From Lingula anatina (lineage: Eukaryota; Animalia; Brachiopoda), in assembly GCA_051362555.1 (NCBI GenBank), contig CM120646.1:16740001-16804000 (forward strand): a stretch of DNA of 64,000 bases. The letters run 5' to 3'. The notes beneath the pieces were generated by a model, which worked only from the letters and a program-made list of their open reading frames with translations, was not told the DNA's origin and ran no database searches. Made by a program: the position numbers and the translations under genes. Positions 1-12,400 of this stretch are shown here, piece after piece. Every line of letters begins with the position of its first letter. Within the stretch, counting starts at the first letter, position 1.

Positions 1-240
1 TCCAGCATTCATAGCACAGGGCTACTTACCCAGTATCCATGATAACACAGGTCTACTTACCCAGTATCCAGGGCAGTGAAGGGCTACTTACACAGGACCT
101 TGAATAACAGGGCAACTTCCCTAGAATCCTAGCAGCAAAGAACAACTTACAAACTGTCCTGAATAACAGGGCTACTTATATTATCCAGTATCCTGGAAAA
201 CACATATTAGTAACTTACCCAGTATCCGGGATAGCACAGG
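1..240. repeat. Degenerate ~30-bp tandem repeat derived from the LMBR1 exon end plus its splice donor
   Basis: ACTTAC-like motifs at 24, 55, 86, 115, 145, 174 and 213. The unit approximates ACTTACCCAGTATCCNGGATAGCACAGGGCT, the reverse complement of the exon end plus GTAAGT. Confidence 0.8.
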
Positions 241-3200
241 AAGAGCTGAGCTGAGCACCAGTATGACTACACAGTTGCCGATGATCTGGGTAAGTGTGGT
301 GTCAGAAGGCTTGGGTTGCAGGCGGCGGAAGAATCGTAGGCTGTAGAATCCAACCACTGAGGCTAACATGAAATATCTGAGGAAGGTGTTGAGGACAATG
401 GACCTGGTCTTGACATTTACACTACAACACATGGGATAAATAAATTGTGGTCTTAGAAAGTTTCAATTGTATACACTACATGATGAGCAGACTGTGGAAT
501 TAAGTTTCCATTTTTTTTTTCACACATGACTGGGTACTTGAATGTTATCTGGCATTATACTAAGTTCTCTATTATATCAAGGATACAAAATGAGAGCTAT
601 CTCCAGCAGAGCACCAACTTGTCCCAGGGCAGACAGTGAAGACAAACCAAGGACTATATCCTGAAAAAGAAAACATTATGTTTAGGTTTTAGGTTTTGGG
701 TTTACTAAATCAGTCATTCAGCACAACATACACACACTTATTTTCTCGACACTTCCGGCACTTTTCAAATGTACCTACTAGTATTGTAATTAATATTCAT
801 TTAATGGACTCTCAAGATTCCATTATAAGGGACCCTGAGTTCATATGCATCAATGTACTAATTTTTCTATCCCCCATCTATTAAATATACACCCATCACC
901 TGAGAACTGTTTTTCACCACTTAAACACTGGAGAGAGACATACCTTGCCTCCCACAGGTAACTTTTTATCCCCAAACACCAACAGCAGTGTGTTCAGAGC
1001 CACCCATAATACTGATAAGGCCTGAAAGAATAATACAGTTGAATTAACATAAACTAATAGACCAGGAATTAATCTATCAATAACGACGCAGAATGGTCCT
1101 TTTAAGACCCTAATTACATACTGGACTGTTTCACTTCTAAAACGGTATATGAGACACCTTTTGGTTTATTTGTACTTAGAAAATTTCATGCAACTCCCTG
1201 AATTTCAATGGAGAAACATCAAATACTCACAGTTAAGGCTAACAACAGAAGCATCATCAATGGATAGCCCACATTTCTCCTCAAGGATGATATCTGTTGT
1301 CTCTTTTCTGAAATAAGACAATTTCTACAGGTCAATTTTCCTACTGGTGATACCCACAACTTTTTATCATTTTATATTGAAGTACCTGCTATAAATGGGA
1401 GCTGTTAGCATTTAGGTCATTGTTTTCCATGGTTTCAGGGACACATAGGCACATGTATTCAAACACACTGATTTATAATCCCTTTTCACAAGCATCTCCC
1501 CTCTGCTAAAAAAAGGGGGGGGGGAAACATATTTCCATACCCAACTGTTGCTTCTCCTCCTGAACATCTTCTAATCTTTTTCTCAACTCTGATGTTCCAT
1601 TGCAGCTTCCATTGTGTCCATTGGCAATGGTTCTGCCATTGCTGGTGGTAGTTACACCTACAGATATATTCATATCAAAATAATGGCTCTTGTTCTTGTT
1701 AAACAACGAAAGAATCACTATCAACAATAAAACCTACTCTACAAGCTATACAACTTTGGTCAAAAAAAGAATTTCTATCATGAAAATGCTTTGTTCTGGA
1801 TCTTTACCTTAAGCCTGAACTTTATCTGACATTTTTAATGTTTGCAAAACACTGTTTACATTAGGCCCTGCGTAAAAACAATGTGACAACCTGACCTTCA
1901 TCACTCAAAACTTGCATTTTCTATGTTTATTTAATCCCCTTTGATAATTACTGAATTTGTTTTGTATTATTCCTATACACATGTATTACAGTAAAAAGCT
2001 GAGCTATTTTCTGGAACCAAACACTAATTTCCAGCTTCCACATACAGAGCAGTACTTGGAGAACTGAATACATAGTTTTTCCTTCCTGATTTTGATTTAT
2101 TTTGTTTTGATTAATAATATTTTCAGTTAGCTATCAGTAATGCTTACGCTGCTTGATCTTTCTCTTGAGATCATCCTCTTCAAGTTGTGTGGTGTACAGC
2201 TCCTCTGCTATATCTCTCAGGAACTGAAACAACAGCCAGGCTTATGAAGTAAATACACTTGAATTACCATCACAGATAAAATAAACATTCATGCTTGGAA
2301 TACATGTATCAATGATTATACTTTCTTTCCAATATTCAAGAGTTTTCAGTTTGAAGTTCCCTTATTAAATGTAAGAGGGGGGATACTTAAATACCTACAC
2401 AAGTAATAACTTATCTTTTATGATGTGATTTACACACTAGTAAAACAGCATCACTAGTAAGTCCTGTTGACAGAAAATGGAATAAGAAATTTAATTAAAA
2501 CACAAGGGCACTGGCACCAATTCATCAAGACAGTAAATGTTCTGAACACTGACTGTCCAGAAGAGTCACAATGTTTTCAACATAACCTACCTGTGGTTTA
2601 ACAACAAGCTGGCCCATCACTGTAAACAGGCGGGCAAACCCCACTGGAGTGCAAACTGAAATGAAAGTAGAACCTTTCATCAAAGCAAACATCATTTTTT
2701 GTGTGTCATGAAGAGTGCCTGCCACATTAGTCCTTATAATGTATCCATAGATTAGGAATCCCCTTTCCCTCAATATAACTCTCACTCTCCTCCACACTTT
2801 GTCCAGCCCAATGTAAAACTTAGGGTCTATTCCCACAACTTTAGATCGATCTATCACCGCGGGGAGTCTCACCAGACTACCGTCAGATAATCCCCACTAC
2901 AAGCCGTAAGGGGCAATTAACTTTCGTGTCCGCCCGGCTGACAGCTATTCAGCGCGAACCCCCAGGGAGTTAGGTCGATCCAAAGTAGGTCGATCTAATC
3001 TATGGAAATGGAGTGTTAGTCTACCTAGTCTGTGATCCTCCATCTTGTAGGCAGAAGTTCTTCTCACCTTTCATAGTTACGCAATACATACATATACGTG
3101 TATTTCTATATATACCTTGTAAAGAGTTAAATTCTGTTCAGTAATGTCTCCATATTCTATTACTCAATATATATCAAATCATGCTGATTCCTGAATGGCC

Positions 3201-4615
3201 CAAATGAATAATAATATTGTCATTATTCAGTTTAATAAATGTTATAAATATTGGACAAATTTGATTATTACACCTAAAATATAATGGAAAAGGAAAAGAC
3301 ATTTAAGTGGATAAGTGGCATATTCATGTGCTGAATGAATCATACAGACTATGTGCCAAATGCTGGCATCACAGGATTACACTTATTAATTTGATATCAT
3401 ATACTTACTTAGCAAAGCCAAGCAACCCAGCAGTGAAATACAAGAATACAGGAAAGGAAGGTAGTAGTCCCACAGGTCTGAAATATATAAACATCAACTA
3501 TTTAAAATGTACAGTATTATTGTAACTGGCCAAGAAAATGTATAGTGCTAACAAGCCATCTGAAAGGCTTTAAGCACCTAAAGCAAACTGACGGAAAAAT
3601 TGCCCGATTTCCAAGTCCATTTGCACCTTACCAAATAAATCTCACCAAGAACAAAAAAAGTCCCATCAAATATGCTTAACTGTACAGAATGGGCCAAACT
3701 CTTGAAGAGAAATAACATTCACTATGGAAAATCATATGTTCTTTGCAAGCTGTGCTCAAGGTTACATTGATCAATACTTGTATATCTGTCTGCATTTTTT
3801 TCAGCCAGTGCTCAATATTCCCTCATCTGTTACTTAATCAAAATTGTCTGCGTCAATACATCAGAAACCACATTCAATTCAAAGTACATCTTTTCAGAGG
3901 AAACCGAATATTGCATCCATCTGGAAAACAATATAGTAAATAACCCTTAAAAGCCAAGTACAAGTGTGTTGATGTTCTGAACACTTGCTTAATATTGGCA
4001 TAGTTAACCCTACATAACCTCATGCCTTCTAAATCATTTAACATTTAACTGTTGAGTGAGTTTTATCTGAAAGCAAACTTTTTTTACTTTTTATATATTT
4101 TTTTAAGTTTATAGAAAATATGACTGGATTTTTTAGTGCAGAACTGGCCTGGGTCTTTCCACCTGTTAACTTTTCTGAGAAAGTCCCAGAATGCTTGTCT
4201 CTTCCAAGAATGCATTCCTCATTAATCTTCAGTCATATTTGCACTCAACTTAAACAGGCATAGAACAACTGTTTGGTTGCGAACCACCAGAATAAAAAAT
4301 GGACCGACTTTATGGTCACAAAATGCGTTTACTTTGTGTGTTTTTTGGTCATGGTACCAGTAACTACCCACAAAGGCTTGGCTGTACATTATCACTACTT
4401 TAAGGCCATTTTTCACTGTGAATGACCTCTCAGTGTCTTCAACCGCATCCCACCAACAAGATGCCATAGATTACTGTGTTAATGTTCTGAACAGACCTCA
4501 AGTCACTCTACAATGAAATATGTCACCTTTTGATCACAAAACTGCGTTTTTTTTTTTTTTACCACAACAACCACTTGATATGTAGAGTTCAATGTGAAAA
4601 CTCTCTCTTTCTGTG

Positions 4616-4647
<32 letters not shown>

Positions 4648-6731
4648 TGTGTGCGTGCGTGCGTGCGTGTCAATATATCACTCTCTCATCAAACTGATCA
4701 GCATAAAAAATTTGGGTGAATAAATATTACCCACAAAGAGAAAATATCTGAAACAGGAGTAATACTTCCAGTGCATATTCAAAATCTAAAAACAAATGCA
4801 ATTACATGTTTAAAAAATCTTATTTTCAGGAGTTTCATATATCATTTTAAATCAATCTCATTCTTCTAGATTATCCAAAAAATAGCACTGACAGATCTAC
4901 AATGAAACTGATATTTTCTCTCATTGATTGATTTAGCACCATACTCTAAGTACATTTCCATGAGCAGATGGCAATCCCCCCCCTCCCTCCCAAAACCTTA
5001 ACTCCAGCTCACAGTGAACTGTACCAATCCCTATATGACAATCCCAAACAGTTGTTACACTGGTATGTGTGGTGTGCCGGTGTGCTATATCTCACCCCAT
5101 AGTGTCTGTCTGCTTGATTTATCCTCATCCACAACTGCTGTGATAACAAACACCAAGCCAAAGGCCATAACTCCCAGCAAACACAGTACCACTGCAGTCT
5201 CATAGACTCTGGCCATTAAACCCTGGAAAGGAATGAAACAAAGGGGATGCTGTTTTTTAAGATTCCATTTTTCTTCAACTTTCACTTTTTAGATGCATTC
5301 CGAATCTGAACACAACATGGAATAAAATATTGTATAGATGGCAAGACTCAAAAGAACTTGGACGCACACTGATTTTCTGAAAGAAAATGTATTTTCAATA
5401 TGAGCCTAAGTTGCTTCTACCATGTTCCTACTACTTCCAAGAAAATAGGACTAGTTACTAAACAAGTTGTTAAACAGGTTTCAGTATTAAACAAGCTTCA
5501 TTAGGGGAACTTACTTTTTTAGACCCAGCAAACCCTTCAGACTCCAGTAAGAAGTAAGCAAAAGGCATGAGGACAAATATGGCACAGTTAGAAAAGATGA
5601 ACACAAAGTTCCACAACCCTGAAAAAAAAAGCAAAATAAGTCTCAGTTATCATTTAAATTTCACAGTTAAAAGTTTGTAATAGTTTTAGTGTAAGTACTG
5701 ATTAATTTCATCATTTTAAATTTAATAGAAATCGGGAGAGAGATGTCAGAGAGATTCTGCCCACATCCCATAGTTGATTGATTCATAGTCCGTGGTTGAT
5801 CCATTGTCTTGATTGATGATGTGGCAGGATCATTTCTGTGTAAAATATTGTCAGAACAAATTAAAATGTTGTCAGAACAAATTAGTCCTGGAAATTAATC
5901 TATAAGTGGTTGTACATGTGACAGTGGTACAATAGGACTTGGACAAGCATTGCAATGCAATATAGATGACACTAGCACTCACCATGAATGAGCGATGAGT
6001 TAAGCCACTGGACGTAGTAGCTCCTTGGATACATGAGGAGGATTTCATTACTGATGATAGAGATGGGGAGAAGTAATACTGCAGCCACTGACGTCGCCAG
6101 AGTGAATGTACAGCACCACAGCCTGGAATAACAATGACAGTAGCAATGAAAGAGACAGCAATATGACACAAATAGCAATGTCAATTATGCAATTATTGTC
6201 AAAAACTATGTTAATGTTACAGTAATATGTTTTCTTTGTGAGATCTAGCTTTATGGTTTAATCTTGTTTTTAACTTTTAAAGTGGTTTCATAAAATATCG
6301 TAAAAACTGTTGTGACAAAATTGGCATTAAATTCACACTCACGAGATTCTGTTGACTGTGGCATCTTCATCATCTAGAAATAAATGGATGAATAGCCATT
6401 CATTATATGATAATGAAGTGAACACATAATCAATCACTGAATTACCAAGGAGGACAAGTTGTAATCACCAAGTGTGACAATTTTAGCACAAAGTAATACA
6501 GTACAGATAATTGATGTATATAGTTGTGATGACAATCCCATGCCAGTTTATAAAACCGGCCCTAGGTAATTCAGGTCATATTTTGCATAATTATCAATAA
6601 AAATTATATACAATACATATAGCAATATTATTCATCCAGATTCACTTTCAAAGAACATAATTATATATTGACAATTATCAAATTGATACAAACACTACAC
6701 ATTCTGTTACATCGCATCTCCACACAAACAG

Positions 6732-6789
<58 letters not shown>

Positions 6790-9438
6790 TATTTAACACT
6801 GCTTCTATCTCAGGAACACATACTCTTGCCTTCATTCTAAATAATTATTTACTAATTACTATCAATGCCTCTCATGCAAAAATATATTTATTTATTTATT
6901 CATTTCTTCACTCAGTCATTTCTTCACACATATGCAGGCACACACACTCATTCCTTTTCAAAATAATCATTTACTACCACCAGTGCTACTATTCATGGAC
7001 CCAGTTTGATACACTGTACTGTGCTGGCAGTTGCCCATGCCAGCACCATAAATAACTAACCCATGACCCTGAGCTATGAACACCACCACCAAAATATTTA
7101 TGTGGGAAAACAAAGGAAGTGGTATACAGTTACTGCAAAAAAGTTATACATTTTATTTGTGAAGTAGTACAGTAGTACAGTGATTTTATAGCTGGTATTT
7201 TAATGATGATATATTATACATGTTGTGGTGGTATGTTCACACTTTTTTTCATTATTCTGAAGTGTTTTGAATTTGAAAGTAAAAAATCAAGAAGGTCACT
7301 GGTCCACCAATATGCCATCTAACTGAATGTTCATCTAACCAATGTCATTTACTGTCAGAACTAAGCAGAAAGAAAGAGGAGAGAGGGAGGGGGGGGGGAG
7401 AGGAGAGAGACTTATGAATAATACATTTACAGAGTTTCACAGAAATGATTTGACATAACCACTAAATATAAAACCAAGACCCCATTCAACTGAGATGTGC
7501 AACTTGGCAGAATAATCGCTTAATAAGATACTAGCATAGTACTCAGAACAAGGAATGTTGTCCTGACATAGTGCCCAGGTTTGTTAGGTCAATGAGCTTT
7601 TTCACCTGGTAGTTTGCCAGGTGTAGGTGTAGACTATAAAATGCTACTTTGCCCTATGAACAGCTAAGTAAACAATGAAGTATCTGCCTTTACCTTAAAA
7701 CAAATATGCCCAAAGCTATGTTCTTATCAGGAAAATATGACTGATAGCCATGAAGTCTATTGTGTGTTTTTTATTCAACACTGTATGAAATGAGGCATAC
7801 AGGCTTCCAAAACCCACAGATCTCACTGTAACCCTGTACTGTTATGATATATAAAAGCCACCAGGCATTCATACTTGAATTTCCTGTCAGTCTCTGCTAC
7901 ACAGGATTGAAAAAATGCATGAACTAGCATTAATCTCTGATAATGTTTTCATGTTAACAACATTTATGGCATGCTTCTGATAAAAATGCACTATGTTTGA
8001 GCAGTTAATGCAAGCAGATTGTTTGACAAGACTGTAAGATCATTTTTTTTTATTCTTCCTTGTTCACTAGTTTTTGTTCTAGTATATTCAACAGAACTGC
8101 AAAAATTCCACCAAATAATAATAAGAAAAGATATATCAGCGAGCCAGAAAAATGCACACAGATGCTAATATTCCATAGCCAATTGCTTTAAGGAGCTGTC
8201 AAAATGTCTGACACTTTAACTTTTCAGCAAAAACATGTCTTTATATATCAGTTCCAACTCATAGTTATGGTTAAAAAGATTCTGTAACTTAAGACAAGCT
8301 TAGTGAACCATGCCAGGACTACCTTCAACAATTGCAGACAGCTGACCGCAGGGAATTGGACTATCTTCAAAACTTTTCTCTTCTAGCATGTAGCTCACAT
8401 TCCATTTGGTAAATTTAACTCTAGTCAAGATGACAATAGTAATCATATGACGTTTCATAGGTATTACTAAAATGTCAACTCCTGCATGAAATTAAGTAGG
8501 GAAGTGCCACAAAAACTAGTGTCATACTGGGGGATGTTTTTTTTACACATGAGCTTTAATATGGAAAAAAATCTGAACAAGTTATATACTTTAAGTTAAG
8601 TGTTTTGACCAGATAAATCTGGAGAAGTCCACTTACAGGGTACATGAAACATTGTATCGTTTTAAAACAGAAAAGAAAATACCAATGCTTTTGACAAAGT
8701 GTTTCTTTATTTTAGTAGACTAATGAATAGCAGTAGACCCAAATTTAGAACTTTAAGTAACAAGAACATTTTCTGAAAAACCTAATGCATGAAAACATTG
8801 ACTTGTGTTTGGTCAAGCAAAACCTTAGCAAAGTCTGTGCTTCAATTTAGCTAGAAAAGAAGAAAATCATTTATCTACATGGCAGCTCACAGAATAGAAG
8901 TGATGTTGCATTGAGAACAATCTGCCTCTTACTTTATTCATTCCCTTAAAAAAACTATTATGAATCAATCTTTACTTTTCTATAACAAGTAATTACAGAG
9001 ATGGTTCTCAAAGGGCAATCAGTAACCCTGACCTTATCAAGCCAGTCAGACATCCTACAGATATCTTCAACATGCTATCTGACCATCAACTTCCTCTGAA
9101 AGATGCCGAGATAGACCATGCATACTTATAACTGTAAGCCAACAGTTTTTATAATCACTTCCTCGGGCACTTGAGGTACTGCACATCTCAATTATAAATG
9201 TCCTAGTGCCAATCTTGAGTCATTATCTAATGAATGTTTCAATATTTATGAATCAGGGTCAAATGGAATGGCACTTCAAACTAACATTTTCCTTGGATTA
9301 AAGTGTTAATTAGAATTCTCATAGAAAGGATCAACATCATATCTACTGTAGTTTGATAACTGTAAAATTGGCAATTCTGATGATTGAGGCAAATCATTTC
9401 TATTACTATTTTTCCTACTATTATTATTATTATTATTA

Positions 9439-9469
<31 letters not shown>

Positions 9470-12400
9470 AAAACAGTGTGAACTGCTAGACTTCATGTGC
9501 AGTGTTTCCAGTCAAGATGTTTGTAAACCTATTTCAGTACAACCCATTCGACTGGCCCCCTATGGTGAGTTAAAAGGTAGATTAAATGGGTAGGTAAGCC
9601 TTACAAAGGCTGACCCATCTTCACAGAATAAAAGACTCTGTACCTTGTTGAGGACACCCCATCCTCCTGAGGCTGATTCATCACTCTACCATCCTATGAT
9701 TCCACTAGTCTACCCCTATCTACATCAAGCAGTCACCTCCCAGGTAGAACATACAGGTAGATGACATGTGAGTCACTCAGACCTCAAATCACTTCCCATT
9801 AAAATACTGATCTTTTTCTCTTTTTTACACTTTTTTTATTTGTAACCTCATTTCAAATCAAATAACAGAGCTTGTCAAATAGACAATATGCTTGATTTCT
9901 GCTCTACCACATGCTCTGACAGCTTTGGCCTTTTCTTTCTTGTTTTTTTATCTCCACATACAAGTTCATACCAAGTTCATTGATCATCAAAATTACTTCA
10001 ATACCCCAGAAGAGCCATCTCTAACTCTTTCTGGGACAATATTATTTTAAGTCAAAAAGCAGGATCGTGACAGAATATTGCAGGGTTTCTTGACAATATG
10101 AGCCAAAATGACACATCATAATGCTTTGAGTTCATGATTTAAAGCAAGGCTGACTTATATATTAGTGTTTACATTGAAAAAAAAATGTCTGCATCTGGCT
10201 AAAATTTGGAAAGTTTTTCAAAACATATCTTACTACTTGCATGCCATATACCATGTCCAGTGTACCTTTGTATGAGACCTGTTCTGTAAGGACAAATGAA
10301 GCAAGGTTATCTGATATTATGTGCTATGGTTAACTGACAGCAGGTTGTAAACATCAACAACATTCACCTGGCCCATAATAGTGACTGAGCCAAAGGTTAC
10401 AGCTGAACAGTGATCAGGGGACCAATATGATATGTTCCACATTGTTTAACTAAGATAACTAGTGGCAGGTGGGTACAGTCAGCTACAGTAAAGACAACTG
10501 CAAATAGTTCCCATATCAATTCTTACTTTCTTGCTAAAAATATGCTCTCTATGGACAATTTCTGAACTTTGCACCCTTGATCATTAGTCAATAGATTTTT
10601 GGCATACTGCTCTTTATTTTGGTCCAATTTTTTCTTCTCTACTGCCAGCTCAAAGGTCGCCAACCTATCCCTTAATCATACTAAAATGAACTTCACATGA
10701 ACTGGACACCTCAAAATGCCAAACATTCCAAAATCCCTCCCCCTTCCGAGTACCCAAGTCTTCATTACATAGGTTCTTGCAACACAAATAGCTAAAATAA
10801 TTCTCTGCTTCCAGTTTGGCTGATATAATTTAAATAATTTTTACACATTTCTTCAGTTTTCATAATTTTGTTTTAATTGAACATAATTAGCCAGTACAAA
10901 AGTGTAGTTAAACCCAGCTCGGCTTTGATCCCCTCCTTTATGGATGTTAAAAAAGAGACTTAGTATAGAGGGAGATTTTCGGTGAGCATCTTTTTTTAAC
11001 AAGGCACTTAAATATTGCCAGGACAACATCTGCCATGCGTATTTTCATAATCCACTTTCCTCCATGAACTAGTCCTAAATGCAAGTCTAATGTAATCACC
11101 ATCAAAAAGTAAATAAAGGAGTTACATCACACATTATAATACCTGAGGTAAACCAGAGGTCAGGACACTGACAACTTATGAATACAGATTGCAATATCTT
11201 TGACGTGTATACTATATCCAGATTCAGGGGCTGCTGGTGAGACTTAAAATTACTAAGATCCAGTAGTAGAACAGATGTGGAAAGGTCTGTTAACCAGACC
11301 AATTTCTAGTCTTGTGGTAGAAATGCTCTGTATAAGCACACCCAAACAGACTTCATCAATGGTTGTCCAGGTGTAGGCATTAACCAGCAGGCCTCTCTCC
11401 ATGCAAACAGCTGGTCTTTATTGTATTATATGATCAATTCCTTTGTAATATATTGGATCCCACCAATTGCCACCATATTTCCTTATATCACTGAGTCAAT
11501 GAAGTTATGTCATTAGCCCTCCAGTAAAGAGATAATATAAGGTTAATCTGGATTTAAGTTATCTGTGAAGATCAAACACTGCTGCTGGGGTCAGAGGCCA
11601 TGTCCAGTCTTCAGCAATTAACCAGGTTAGGCAATTATCATAGATCAGGTCTTAATCAGATGCTTTTCTCAAGCCCCTGAGTGCATGGAAAGTTTTGCCA
11701 TAAAATAAGTTCACTGCACAACATATCAAAAGTTTCTCACGCTTTCCAATACAGGAATGTGTCCCTGCAATGTTTTATTTGATAACTTTTTTTCAGCAGC
11801 TGAGGCAACATTTCAGATGTGTCTAGTACTCTACACATAAGTATTTGCACTGCAGTTCCTAAATTGACATGACATTTAAAAGTCCTCCTGCAAAAGGTTA
11901 ATAGAAATGACACCAAAATAATTTATCTCCTTTCTAAGAACAATACCAATTCAAACAAAAAAAGATAAAACTCTGGAGAAAAAATATTTACAAATTACAG
12001 AGTAAAAACATGTACTTTTGATCAGTCTGATATGCTAGCACTGGTCACATGCCCAATGCCAGTAAAATTAAGGCTAGCCAGTATATTAATGTACAGTACA
12101 TTTTTTCAAAGTTCCTGACCATTTATTGTTTTGGACCCATATGGTTTAACACTATGAAGGCTCAAAGGGTAAGTTGGTTAAGAAGTTTTTGGCAAAGACT
12201 GTTTTGGTACATAAAACATAGTTATGCAAGGAAAACTATCATTTTTATATAGCACAGTAAGCAGTACACACAATGCATTACTGAAGTACCTGCCAGAGGT
12301 GCAAGGTCCGAAGTCCCCCCATCCCATGCAGAACAAAGTTCTAACATTGTTAGAATAGCAGGAGCCCTTGTTAACCTATATCTAGTTAAGGCAACCCTTT

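Noticed and set aside
1-240. CRISPR-like periodicity
   Set aside because: The units are contiguous degenerate repeats without unique spacers, there are no cas genes, and the context is eukaryotic.
9281-9593. Poly-Ile ORFs
   Set aside because: They derive from the (ATT)n microsatellite.
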